Notes under the pieces: generated by a model
Told to the model about the DNA's origin: nothing
Databases searched by the model: none
The model's input: the letters and a program-made list of their open reading frames with translations, nothing else
Part shown: one piece after another, positions 1 through 9,387 of the stretch
Layout of the letters: every line of letters begins with the position of its first letter
How positions within the stretch are numbered: the first letter of the stretch is position 1
Translations under genes and position numbers: made by a program
NCBI GenBank assembly: GCA_910577505.1
Contig: CAJTLN010000002.1
Coordinates: 183,707 to 247,706, forward strand
DNA length: 64,000 bases
From: an uncultured Bacilli bacterium
GTDB taxonomy: Bacteria; Bacillota_I; Bacilli_A; RF39; UBA660
Direction: 5' to 3'

Positions 1-242
1 AGTTAGTTGGTATTTTAACTATTATATTATGTGTGGTAGTTCAATCTATAGAAAATTATGTATTACAACCTATTGTAATGAGTAAGAGTATTAAAATAAG
101 TCCAGTATTAATTATTATAGGATTACTTGTATTTGGCAATTTATTTGGTGTTTTTGGAATGATATTTGCAACTCCTTGTGTTGCAATAATTAAGGTGATA
201 GCAGAACATATAGGTGGAGTTTTAGCTAAATGTAGGGAATAA
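1..242 (+). CDS. C-terminal fragment of an AI-2E family (UPF0118/PerM-like) transporter; 5' end lies outside the window
   Basis: The frame is open from the window edge. The tail VLQPIVMSKSIKISPVLIIIGLLVFGNLFGVFGMIFATPCVAII is typical of the last TM helices of AI-2E transporters. Confidence 0.5.
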   Translation, partial: LVGILTIILCVVVQSIENYVLQPIVMSKSIKISPVLIIIGLLVFGNLFGVFGMIFATPCVAIIKVIAEHIGGVLAKCRE

Positions 243-338
243 GGAAAATTTGCTTTTATATGTGCTTGGTGTTAAAATGATTCTACCACTTAAAAGTGGA
301 ATAGAAATTATTTTTTAAAAGAGGTTTAAATTTTAATT

Positions 339-980
339 ATGGAAAAAGAAAATTTTCAAAGTAAAAGAAATAAAATAATTACAGGAGCTGCTAAAGCGAC
401 TGCATGTGTTGCTTTAACAGGCTTAATAGCTGGTAGTTTAGGCTTAAGATTAGCATCTTTAGAATGTGGAGCAAATCATTCTGTTGATTCTATGTGTCCA
501 ATGGCTAAAATAGAAATGGCATTATTTGGAGTAGAAGCTGGAATGGAACATCAAGCTCATGATATAGAAAGATACAATTATATGACTAATGATAGTAAAG
601 TATATACTACTGGAGTTACTTATATGCCAGCTGGATCTTATATAGTTCCCGAGGGATATGTATTAAAAGTAGATGAAAATGGTCAAGCATATGGATATAA
701 GGAAGTAGAAGTTTTATCAAAAACTTATATTAATGAATTAGGTCAAGAACAAAAAGCTTATTATTTACCTGAAGGTGGAGTTATAGGTCAAAATATTGAT
801 GGAAGCATGTATGGTTATCAAAGAGCAGAAGCTACTCAATTAGATGGAGATACCATTTATTATACTTTAGTAAAAGAAACAGAAGATGGCTTAGTTACTC
901 AAGAAAAAGCTTTTATTTATGATGATACTACTAATGGTATTACTATATCAGAATATCCAGTTTTAAGAAAAACAAAATAG
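339..980 (+). CDS. hypothetical membrane-anchored or secreted protein (213 aa)
   Basis: N-terminal hydrophobic segment (AAKATACVALTGLIAGSLGL). AAAGAGG-like RBS upstream. Followed by a hairpin plus T-run. Confidence 0.5.
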   Translation: MEKENFQSKRNKIITGAAKATACVALTGLIAGSLGLRLASLECGANHSVDSMCPMAKIEMALFGVEAGMEHQAHDIERYNYMTNDSKVYTTGVTYMPAGSYIVPEGYVLKVDENGQAYGYKEVEVLSKTYINELGQEQKAYYLPEGGVIGQNIDGSMYGYQRAEATQLDGDTIYYTLVKETEDGLVTQEKAFIYDDTTNGITISEYPVLRKTK

Positions 981-1001
981 AAGATGTAAAATCTTCTTTT
1001 T
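980..1001 (+). terminator. rho-independent terminator (gaagat/atcttc stem followed by a T-run)
   Basis: Inverted repeat gaagatgtaaaatcttc, then TTTTT. Confidence 0.45.
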
Positions 1002-1082
1002 GATTGACATTATATATTTGACTTTAGAATATAATATTTGGTACAATGATAGTCCCTGCAAAAAGAAAAGGAATGATAAATA

Positions 1083-1391
1083 ATGAAAAATATATATGCA
1101 AACGGAAATTTAAGAGATTATGTAATGAATAACTATGTTAAGTATTTTGATTTAACTAAAGGACGTGAAATGGAACTTTCATATTTGTTAGGAATTTGTA
1201 ATGCTTCTTTGATAGATGTAGAACAGTTTAAAGAAGTATTTGGATTACAAGCAGAAGGATTTTTAGGTGTATTTAAGTACTTAGCTGATGGAGCTAATTT
1301 AGAAAAGATTGTTCAATATGGAAATATGTGTTTAAGTGATGCTATGACTCAAATGGAGAGTATGAGAATGCCACAAGGAATAAGTCTATAA
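1083..1391 (+). CDS. hypothetical protein (102 aa)
   Basis: ORF with AAAGGAA RBS-like sequence upstream. No recognisable domain. Confidence 0.4.
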   Translation: MKNIYANGNLRDYVMNNYVKYFDLTKGREMELSYLLGICNASLIDVEQFKEVFGLQAEGFLGVFKYLADGANLEKIVQYGNMCLSDAMTQMESMRMPQGISL

Positions 1392-1445
1392 GACTTATTT
1401 TTATTTGCTTAAGTAAGAGGTTAAGAGTATAATATAAGATACTTT

Positions 1446-2033
1446 TTGAAGAGGGTGGTACAAATGACTTTTACAGATGAAGAAAATAAAGTTTATTTTA
1501 ATAATGATTTTGATTTGATGTTGTTGTTAGCGAGACAAGAAGAGATTATAGAATCTGGAGTGGCTTTTAATGGTGAAGCTAAGATAGATGATAATATTTC
1601 AGTTATTACAGAAAAGGAAGTTAATTTAGGTAAGACATTGTCTGATACACATAAAACATATTTAAAGGTTATGGAAATGCGTGAACTTACAGAAGAAGAA
1701 ATGAAGTATGTTAATAAATCTCGCGAGTTTTTATCTAAAATGTTTAATATTATGTTTTACAATAAGAAATTAATGGTTGCTTGGACAATGATTGTTGCTA
1801 CGGCGCTAGGAATAAATATAGTAGCAGGAAATTTTTTAGGCGTTGCTTTACAAAGTCTTTGCTTGCTAATGGTTAATAGACCAATTAAATTTATAAAAGA
1901 AGTAATAAAAATGTTTAAAAGAGATGCAAAAATAGAAGAACTATCTGAATATTTGAGAGATAAGCAAGTTTTAGGTTATGTAGATTCTGTAGATGATAAA
2001 AAAGATATAAAAATGTATGCTAAGTTGAGATAA
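1446..2033 (+). CDS. hypothetical protein, member 1 of a 3x tandem paralogous family (195 aa, central hydrophobic segment)
   Basis: Shares a K.YLKV.E..E..EEE block and a C-terminal DD.K.Y.K motif with the next two ORFs. GAGGG RBS. Confidence 0.55.
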   Translation: MKRVVQMTFTDEENKVYFNNDFDLMLLLARQEEIIESGVAFNGEAKIDDNISVITEKEVNLGKTLSDTHKTYLKVMEMRELTEEEMKYVNKSREFLSKMFNIMFYNKKLMVAWTMIVATALGINIVAGNFLGVALQSLCLLMVNRPIKFIKEVIKMFKRDAKIEELSEYLRDKQVLGYVDSVDDKKDIKMYAKLR

Positions 2034-2045
2034 AAGGGAGTTTAT

Positions 2046-2648
2046 ATGGAATTAAAGGAAAATAAAATGCTTTTTACTTCAAAATATGATTTTGATTTTT
2101 TATATAATTGCAATAAAGATTGTGAAACTGGATTAGAACTTAGTTTAGATAGAACATATGAGGAAATTAGTTTTGATAAGTATAATAATTGTAATGCTCC
2201 TTTAGAATGCAAAGGATTAGATAATGAATGTGTTGATGTTCAGCTAAATAAGGGTGATGTGCCAAAAGCATATTTAAAAGTAGTTGAAATTTATGAAATG
2301 AATGAAGCTGAAATTAGTATAGCTAATAAAATTAGATATATTTTAAAACTTGTAGTTGAAGGATTTTTTAGAAATGATGGTACTCGCTTGATGTGTGCTG
2401 GTATAGCTTATGGATTTGTGACTTATGATTTGTTGAAAGAGAATTATCTTGCAGCTCTTCTAATGTTTGCGTATTCTTTATTTTATACAGATATAAGAAA
2501 AGGATTTAAAACATTAAAAGAATATTTAGATTCTACAAAAAGGAAGAAATTAGAGCTTGATTTGTTGGTATACGGAGTTTTGGATTATACTAAAGCAATG
2601 AAAAGTGTTGATGATGTTAAGATGTATTTAAAGAAGAAAGGAAGATAA
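2046..2648 (+). CDS. hypothetical protein, member 2 of the tandem paralogous family (200 aa)
   Basis: KAYLKVVEIYEMNEAE and ...DDVKMYLKKKGR parallel the neighbours. 12-nt spacer to the previous gene. Confidence 0.55.
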   Translation: MELKENKMLFTSKYDFDFLYNCNKDCETGLELSLDRTYEEISFDKYNNCNAPLECKGLDNECVDVQLNKGDVPKAYLKVVEIYEMNEAEISIANKIRYILKLVVEGFFRNDGTRLMCAGIAYGFVTYDLLKENYLAALLMFAYSLFYTDIRKGFKTLKEYLDSTKRKKLELDLLVYGVLDYTKAMKSVDDVKMYLKKKGR

Positions 2649-2650
2649 GA

Positions 2651-3292
2651 ATGGAAAAAATAGATGTAAGTATTGATGTTTTAGGAAAAAAGGGAGATAT
2701 TCATTATACAAGTGGAACTTTATATACTAATAGTCCTAAATATTTTATGAAATATTATTTATGTAATGAAGTAGAAGAATGTGGAATAGTTCTTAGTGGG
2801 GAAGCAATAGCAAGATTTACTCCTCAAGAAATTAATACACAAACAAATAAAGAAGTTAAAAAGCCAGAAGATAAAAATGTTATTATGCCAACTGCTAAAG
2901 AAGCTATTGATAAATATAAAACAGCTTTAAAGGTTATTGATGTGGAAGAAATGGATAGAATTCATACATCTAGAGAAATATGGAAATGGATTAAAGAAGA
3001 TATAGTTGATTTTGATAAAAGTAATGTTGCTATATTTGGCCTTCTTTGGTTGTTTTCTGATAAGAGTGTAGGATATACAGCATGGCTTGCTACTTTATGT
3101 TTATTATGTAATTTAAATTTGTATGAGGTAGTTAGAATGGTTAGAGCTATTTTTATAAAAGGATATAAAAAGGAATGTCTTGAAACAGAAGCGTGGCAGA
3201 TGGGACTTAGTGAGTTAATTTATAATCCTGTTAAAAAAGATGATTTGAAGTTATATTTAAAAGTTAAAGATGGAAATTTTAGATTTAAATAA
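2651..3292 (+). CDS. hypothetical protein, member 3 of the tandem paralogous family (213 aa)
   Basis: KTALKVIDVEEMDR and ...DDLKLYLKVKDG. 2-nt spacer to the previous gene. Confidence 0.55.
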   Translation: MEKIDVSIDVLGKKGDIHYTSGTLYTNSPKYFMKYYLCNEVEECGIVLSGEAIARFTPQEINTQTNKEVKKPEDKNVIMPTAKEAIDKYKTALKVIDVEEMDRIHTSREIWKWIKEDIVDFDKSNVAIFGLLWLFSDKSVGYTAWLATLCLLCNLNLYEVVRMVRAIFIKGYKKECLETEAWQMGLSELIYNPVKKDDLKLYLKVKDGNFRFK

Positions 3293-3364
3293 GAAAAACT
3301 TTACATATTAAAAAATATATCTTATAATCTATTTAGTTTTGTTAATTAATCAATGACGAAGACA

Positions 3365-3531
3365 AAGTATTTTGTAGTCATTAGAGAGACTTAGTGGTTG
3401 GTGGAAACTAAGATGATGAAAAAAGAAATAGCTACCTTCTGAGATTAATCGGGTTAAACCGTTATATGCAATTAAGTAAAATAAAGGATGGTACCGCATT
3501 ATTTGCTCCTTGGCAAGTAATGTGGTTTTTT
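3365..3531 (+). promoter_or_regulatory. T-box riboswitch leader, probably Ala-specific. It has an AGAGA box, the T-box sequence AAAGGATGGTACCGC, and a 10-bp terminator hairpin followed by T6.
   Basis: GGATGGTACCGC (3486-3497) matches the T-box consensus AGGGUGGNACCGCG. The terminator is cattatttgc/gcaagtaatg (3497-3522) followed by TTTTTT. A GCU codon at 3431-3433 sits in a candidate specifier loop. The leader is upstream of alaS. Confidence 0.6.
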
Positions 3532-3550
3532 AATTAAGAGGAGATGAAAT

Positions 3551-4066
3551 ATGAGAGTATTTTTAATAGCTGGGAAAGCTGGAAGTGGTAAGAATGAAGT
3601 AGCTAATTTGATAAAAAAGAATTTATCTAATACAGTTATAACTAGTCTTAGTAAATATATTAAATTGTTTGCTTTAGAGTTAACTGATTGGGATGGTAGA
3701 GATTTTAATAAGCCTCGAGCCTTTTTGCAAAATATGGGTGATACTTTAAGAGCTATAGATGAGGATTTCTTAGTTAAAAGAATGAAAGAAGATTTTACTG
3801 TTTATAAAAAATTAGCAATGGAAAATGTTGTTGTAGATTTGCGATTACGTCATGAAATAGAATATTTTAAAAAAATAGAAGAAATAGAAGTAATAACAAT
3901 TTATGTTGCCGCTTCATCTAGTTCAAGAGAACTAAGCGATGATGAAAAAAATCATCTAACAGAAATTGATTTAGATACATATAATCAATATGATTATATA
4001 ATAGAAAATCATTTTGATAAAAGATTAGAAGAGGACGTAAAAAGAATTTTGGAAGGAAGATGTTAA
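3551..4066 (+). CDS. P-loop NTPase or small kinase-like protein (171 aa) encoded between the T-box leader and alaS
   Basis: Walker A-like LIAGKAGSGKNEVANL at the N-terminus. GGAG RBS. Its stop abuts the alaS start (no spacer). Confidence 0.5.
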   Translation: MRVFLIAGKAGSGKNEVANLIKKNLSNTVITSLSKYIKLFALELTDWDGRDFNKPRAFLQNMGDTLRAIDEDFLVKRMKEDFTVYKKLAMENVVVDLRLRHEIEYFKKIEEIEVITIYVAASSSSRELSDDEKNHLTEIDLDTYNQYDYIIENHFDKRLEEDVKRILEGRC

Positions 4067-5815
4067 ATGAATTTAAAAGATATATATATAAATTTTTTTG
4101 TAAGTAAAGGACATAAGCAAATACCTAGTGCACCTGTAGTACCAGAAAATGATCCATCAGTATTATTTAATACAGCTGGAATGCAACCATTAATCCCTTA
4201 TTTAATGGGACAAACTCATCCATATGGGACAAGACTATGTGATTATCAAAAGTGTATTAGGACTAATGACTTGGAAGAAGTTGGTGATGTTACTCATCAT
4301 ACGTTCTTTGAAATGTTAGGCAATTGGAGTTTAGGAGATTATTTTAAAGATGAAAGTATTGAATGGAGTTTCGAATTATTGACTAAACATATAAATATTC
4401 CAGTTGAAAGATTAGCTGTTACTGTTTTTGCTGGTAATGATGTAATTCCATTTGATGAAGTTAGTTATAATAAATGGCTTAATTTAGGAATCAATGAGAA
4501 GAGAATTGCTAGAACTGTTGAAGATAATTTTTGGATAGCTGGAGAAACTGGACCTTGCGGACCTGATACAGAAATATTTTATTGGAGAAGTAAAGATGAT
4601 ATTCCTGAAAGCTTTGATCCAGAAGATAGTAGATGGGTAGAAATTTGGAATAATGTTTTTATGCAATATCATAAAGACAGTGAAGGTGTTGTAACTGAAT
4701 TACCTAAGAAGAATGTTGATACAGGTATGGGAGTAGAACGAACTACTGCTATACTTGAAGGAGTTAATGATAATTATTTATCTAGTATTTGGAAAGATGT
4801 TATTGAATTAATTTCTGAAATATCAGGATTAAGTTATGAAGGCAATGAAAGAAGTATGAGAATTATTGCTGATCATTTAAGAACTGCTGTATTTATAGCT
4901 GCTGATCCAGCTGGAATTAAACCTAGTAATACAGATCAAGGTTATATATTAAGAAGATTAATTAGAAGAGCTATAAGGCATGCTAAGACTTTAAATATTG
5001 ATGTTAATAGTGATTGGGAAGAAAAAATTGCTTCATTAATTTTAGATAAATATCAAGATTACTATAAAGAATTAGTGGATAATCGTGAAGTAGTATTAGA
5101 AGTATTAAGAAATGAAAAAAATAAATTTAGTAAAACATTAGAAAAAGGTTTAAGAGAATTTGAAAAAGTTACTCGTGAAGGTAAAGATATAGATGGTGAA
5201 ACGGCTTTCCATTTATTTGATACTTATGGATTTCCTTTAGAATTAACTGTTGAGTTAGCTAGTGAAAGAAATTTAAAAGTTGATGAAGAAGGATTTGCTA
5301 TTAAATTTAAGGAACATCAAGAAAAATCAAGAACTGCTTCTGCTGGTAAATTTAAAGGTGGTTTAGCAGGTAATAGTGAAGTTGAAACTAAGTATCATAC
5401 TGCTACACATTTACTTAATGCAGCGCTAAAAGTAGTAGTTGGTCCAGATGTACATCAAAAAGGTTCTAATATCACTGATGAACGTATGAGATTTGACTTT
5501 AGCTGTGATCATAAATTGACTGATGAAGAAAAGATGAAAGCTGAAGAATTAGTTAATGAATGGATTAATGAAGGATTAGATGTCGTAGTAGAAGAAATGC
5601 CAAAAGAAAAAGCAATAAGTACAGGTGCTGAATGTATGTTTATTGAAAAATATCCTGATATTGTTACTGTTTATTCAATTGGTAATGTGTCTAAAGAATT
5701 ATGTGGCGGACCACATGTTAAAAATACTAGTGAACTTGGACATTTTAGAATCAAAAAAGAAGAAGCTAGTTCTGCTGGTGTTAGAAGAATTAAAGCAGTA
5801 TTAGAAGATAAATAG
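4067..5815 (+). CDS. alaS: alanine--tRNA ligase, compact form (582 aa) lacking the C-Ala domain
   Basis: Class II AlaRS catalytic motifs are present (FNTAGMQP, FFEMLGNWSLGDYFK, FDTYGFP). Editing-site motifs HTATHLLNAAL and CGGPHV are present. The protein ends about 30 aa after CGGPH, and an intergenic terminator follows. Confidence 0.85.
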   Translation: MNLKDIYINFFVSKGHKQIPSAPVVPENDPSVLFNTAGMQPLIPYLMGQTHPYGTRLCDYQKCIRTNDLEEVGDVTHHTFFEMLGNWSLGDYFKDESIEWSFELLTKHINIPVERLAVTVFAGNDVIPFDEVSYNKWLNLGINEKRIARTVEDNFWIAGETGPCGPDTEIFYWRSKDDIPESFDPEDSRWVEIWNNVFMQYHKDSEGVVTELPKKNVDTGMGVERTTAILEGVNDNYLSSIWKDVIELISEISGLSYEGNERSMRIIADHLRTAVFIAADPAGIKPSNTDQGYILRRLIRRAIRHAKTLNIDVNSDWEEKIASLILDKYQDYYKELVDNREVVLEVLRNEKNKFSKTLEKGLREFEKVTREGKDIDGETAFHLFDTYGFPLELTVELASERNLKVDEEGFAIKFKEHQEKSRTASAGKFKGGLAGNSEVETKYHTATHLLNAALKVVVGPDVHQKGSNITDERMRFDFSCDHKLTDEEKMKAEELVNEWINEGLDVVVEEMPKEKAISTGAECMFIEKYPDIVTVYSIGNVSKELCGGPHVKNTSELGHFRIKKEEASSAGVRRIKAVLEDK

Positions 5816-5833
5816 TTAAATTGAGGATAGAAA

Positions 5834-5862
5834 AGGGACATTATAAAAATATGTCTCTTTTT
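5834..5862 (+). terminator. rho-independent terminator after alaS
   Basis: agggacat / atgtctct stem (one G-U pair) followed by TTTT. Confidence 0.55.
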
Positions 5863-5974
5863 AAATATTGTGTTATAATAGGTAAACAAAACGATGTGGT
5901 GGTAAGTTGGGGTAAGAATTTCAAATAATTAAGTTTAATATATATTAAAAAAGACAAACTAGAAGGAGTTATTT

Positions 5975-6478
5975 ATGGAAAAGAAAAAAGTAGTTAGTTT
6001 AGGGCTTGCAGGGATGATTTCTATGGGTTTATTAGCAGGATGCGGAGCAAAAGATGTTCAAGCAGAAGTTAGTATGGAACCAAAAGTTCAAGAAAACGTG
6101 AGAGAAATTATTGAAGCAGATGCGCATTATTTTGAGCAATTTTATGAAATTTCAGAGGCGAAAACTTTTGAACCTGGAGAACATGTTATTTTTATTAGGT
6201 ACAACTATGTGGGTACAGCAGAGAACTTTACTAGTGGACGTGTAGACGTTCCAAAGGGGTATGAAATACTTAATATTGAAAATTATACTGAAAGAGATGG
6301 ATATGGTTCACAAACAAGTGGGGTAGATGTTTGGTATATAAATACAGAACCAGTTCTTGTTGACCCAGTTTTTAAAAATGAAATAAGAATTGATTATAGT
6401 AAAAATGGTTATTATGATTATAGTATGCCTGGACAAGTAATTGAAAAAGAACAAGAAGATATTAAGTTAACTAAATAA
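5975..6478 (+). CDS. putative lipoprotein (167 aa)
   Basis: Signal peptide with lipobox LLAGC at residues 19-23. GGAG RBS. Confidence 0.6.
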   Translation: MEKKKVVSLGLAGMISMGLLAGCGAKDVQAEVSMEPKVQENVREIIEADAHYFEQFYEISEAKTFEPGEHVIFIRYNYVGTAENFTSGRVDVPKGYEILNIENYTERDGYGSQTSGVDVWYINTEPVLVDPVFKNEIRIDYSKNGYYDYSMPGQVIEKEQEDIKLTK

Positions 6479-6559
6479 TAAATTTATGAATTAGTACTTT
6501 TAATGAGTACTTTTTTTATGTATAATAAAGAAACTGACGTTTTATAAAGGGGTGATAAA

Positions 6560-8017
6560 ATGAAGTTTTCTTTGTATCGTAGAATGAGTGTTATTGAAGG
6601 AGAAAAAGCTATTGCAATGAATGGGTTTGAAAAACCAGATAATGTTATTTATTTACCAAGGAAGTGGTTTTCGACTTCAATATTAAAAACACATTACTTT
6701 AAAAGTCCATTTTATAATGGTAAAACTATGATGGTAAAAGTTGATATTAATGAAGATTATTATAGAAGGATATTTAAAGAAGGAGAATTTTTAAAAAAAG
6801 AACCAAATGGATTTTATGGTTATGATGAATCAAAAAAAAATATTTTGTATGCTAAATCACATAAAACTTTAGATAATTTCTTTAATATAGGTATTTTAGA
6901 CTTAGAAACATTTAATAGGCAGTTTGATTCGATTGATGTAATTGATGAGGCAGTATATAATGAATATTTAGAAATGATTACTTTAGGTGGGAGTTTAAGT
7001 GATTTTATTTCTCCTGTTAGGGTTGATAATTGTTTGGATTTTTATTTTCAAACAGGTACTGATGTATCAACTTTGTGCTATAAGTATCAAACTCTGATGC
7101 CTGAGGGGATAGATCCAATTATTAAGCAAATTCATTTTGATAAAGATTTAAATAGACTAAGAAGAAATAATTTAGATAAATTTCCTGTTACTTTATTGAT
7201 TAGGTTTAAAAAGGAATTTATGAAATATGCAAAATTTAATGAATTTTCATTTTCATTCGATGCGAATGAAATTGTTAAGTTTGCTCATTTGGTTGATAGT
7301 GTAAGTGTTGTTGGATTAGAAAAATCAAAAAATAGTGGTAAATCATTTATTCAGATTACAGGGGATAATATGTATATCAAACATGAAAAATGTGGAGAGC
7401 CACAGTATAATAGACTTTCATTTGCCAATTTTGAAGAAGTGACATTTTTGCTATTTAAAAAAGATTTTAAATTAGAGGATTTATTTATTTTTATGCCTTC
7501 TTTAAAAGATGTTTGCGATATTAATCAAGTAGATCCTAGACATATCGATAATTTAAAAACACATATTGAAAAATGCATTAAAATGAGTAATTTAGTAATT
7601 AATTACTTTAAAAATCAAGGAGTTGAATTAGATACTGAGGTACTTGTTTATTTAAAGTGGGTGCTATTATTTCATGATTTAGGTAAGCCTTATTGTGAAT
7701 GCTTGAATATTACAACAAGATATTCACAATTTGGAGATAAAGGTAGATATAGAGATATAGTTATTAATCAAGTATTGGATTCAGATATTTCTTTTGTTAT
7801 TAAAGAAATAAATAAGCTATTTGTTTCTTCTTCTTTATGTCAAAGTAAAAAAATAAAAAATATAATTAAACCAATGTTAGAAGAAATAGAAGAGTATTAT
7901 CATGTTGATCAAAATGGGGCTTTTAACATTTTAAATAAATATTTAAAAGTAGCTTTTTTTGCAAAGGTTACTCATTCTGCAACATTAAAAACAAGAGCAT
8001 TTTGTGCTAATTATTAA
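6560..8017 (+). CDS. hypothetical protein (485 aa) with a C-terminal HD-like motif (LLFHDLGKP)
   Basis: Long ORF with GGGG RBS. Only the C-terminal H...HD signature is recognisable. Confidence 0.5.
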   Translation: MKFSLYRRMSVIEGEKAIAMNGFEKPDNVIYLPRKWFSTSILKTHYFKSPFYNGKTMMVKVDINEDYYRRIFKEGEFLKKEPNGFYGYDESKKNILYAKSHKTLDNFFNIGILDLETFNRQFDSIDVIDEAVYNEYLEMITLGGSLSDFISPVRVDNCLDFYFQTGTDVSTLCYKYQTLMPEGIDPIIKQIHFDKDLNRLRRNNLDKFPVTLLIRFKKEFMKYAKFNEFSFSFDANEIVKFAHLVDSVSVVGLEKSKNSGKSFIQITGDNMYIKHEKCGEPQYNRLSFANFEEVTFLLFKKDFKLEDLFIFMPSLKDVCDINQVDPRHIDNLKTHIEKCIKMSNLVINYFKNQGVELDTEVLVYLKWVLLFHDLGKPYCECLNITTRYSQFGDKGRYRDIVINQVLDSDISFVIKEINKLFVSSSLCQSKKIKNIIKPMLEEIEEYYHVDQNGAFNILNKYLKVAFFAKVTHSATLKTRAFCANY

Positions 8018-8053
8018 GATGATTTATTATTCTTTGATAGGATTAATGATTTA

Positions 8054-8875
8054 ATGTTATTTTTAGGTAATTATGATTATACATTTGACTATGAAACTTA
8101 TTATAGTGATATTATGAGGGCTTATGAAGAAATAGTTGAAAATTATTATGTTTCTAAAAAACAGACAACTTTAGAATATGTTAGAGGAATGCTTAAGAGC
8201 GATTATAAGGATTTAGAATCTGTATATGCTGCAAAGATTAATCATCCTCATAAGATAGATGATGAAGAGCAATATAATTATGATGATTTAATATGCGCTT
8301 ATTTTATGGAAGACAATGAATTATTAAATAGATATTTTTCTGATTTAGTAGTTGATAATGATAAACATGGTCAAATACATAGTGAAAGAGTTGGGGTGTT
8401 TTCTTATTTATTAGGTAAATTAAATGGATTAAGTGATGAAGATATAGAAATATTATTGCTAGCTAGTAAGTATCATGATATAGGAAGAAAAGTTAAAGAC
8501 GATAATATGCATTCGGTAGAAAGTGTTAGATTACTTAGAAAAGATTTGGTATTACAAGATAGCCCGATTCGAGATTATGTCTATTTCTTGGTTGAAGCAC
8601 ATGGATTTAAAGATAATTTTGATGAGGATATAATGTGTAAATATCAAATAGATAAAAATAGAGCTGCTTTTTTACTTAGTTTATTTAAGGATGCTGATGC
8701 ATTAGATCGTGTTCGATATGATGTAATTAGAAACCATGGAAGTATATTAAATGTTAAATATTTGAGAAATAGCCATAGTAAAAGATTGGTTAAGTTTTCT
8801 TATATGTTAAATGCTCAGTATAAACAAAATAAACATGAATTATGTGAAAGTGTAAAAAAGTTAATAAAAGGTTAA
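8054..8875 (+). CDS. HD-domain phosphohydrolase family protein (273 aa)
   Basis: H..ERV...YHDIGR...D signature (IHSERVG, KYHDIGRKV, DADALDRV). Confidence 0.6.
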   Translation: MLFLGNYDYTFDYETYYSDIMRAYEEIVENYYVSKKQTTLEYVRGMLKSDYKDLESVYAAKINHPHKIDDEEQYNYDDLICAYFMEDNELLNRYFSDLVVDNDKHGQIHSERVGVFSYLLGKLNGLSDEDIEILLLASKYHDIGRKVKDDNMHSVESVRLLRKDLVLQDSPIRDYVYFLVEAHGFKDNFDEDIMCKYQIDKNRAAFLLSLFKDADALDRVRYDVIRNHGSILNVKYLRNSHSKRLVKFSYMLNAQYKQNKHELCESVKKLIKG

Positions 8876-8882
8876 AAAATAA

Positions 8883-8918
8883 AAAGATATTTTATTAGTG
8901 AATATCTTTTTATTTTTA
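8883..8918 (+). terminator. rho-independent terminator
   Basis: aaagatatt/aatatcttt stem followed by a T-rich run. Confidence 0.5.
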
Positions 8919-8974
8919 GTTACTTTTAGTAACAAATGTTGTATTATATATATTAGAGGGATAGAGGAGTTTAT

Positions 8975-9385
8975 ATGAAAAAAATTTTAATTATTGGAGT
9001 AGGTATTTTTATTGCTTTATTTATAGGAATGGGTTTTTTGACTAATAAAGATACAGAAGTTTCTCATCATTTAATTGTTACTGAAGTCTTATGGAATGAG
9101 TATTCTATCAGTGAAGGTAAAACTGTTGAGATTGATTTAACAAAGGGTAATGAAATTAAAATTAACAATGATTGGAATGAAGTCTTAACTATAGAAGTTA
9201 TAGAAGAAAATAAAAAATCTGTCGTAATTAAGACAAATCAAGCAATGAGTATTCAAAAAGAAAGTCAAAGTGGAATAAATTTAAAAAGTAATGATACAGA
9301 TTTTATATTAAAAAAAGGTAATTCAATTAAATTAAGTACACTAACAATGGATGCTGGTGCTGTTTACAAAATAGAGTATAAATAA
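8975..9385 (+). CDS. small N-terminally membrane-anchored protein (136 aa)
   Basis: TM segment ILIIGVGIFIALFIGMGFL. GGAG RBS. Confidence 0.45.
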   Translation: MKKILIIGVGIFIALFIGMGFLTNKDTEVSHHLIVTEVLWNEYSISEGKTVEIDLTKGNEIKINNDWNEVLTIEVIEENKKSVVIKTNQAMSIQKESQSGINLKSNDTDFILKKGNSIKLSTLTMDAGAVYKIEYK

Positions 9386-9387
9386 TT

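Noticed and set aside
1004-1035. TTGACA ... TATAAT pair upstream of the 1083 gene
   Set aside because: The spacer is 20 nt, too long for a canonical sigma-A promoter, so it is not called as a feature.
4484-4672. 62-aa minus-strand ORF
   Set aside because: Lies inside alaS on the opposite strand. No RBS.
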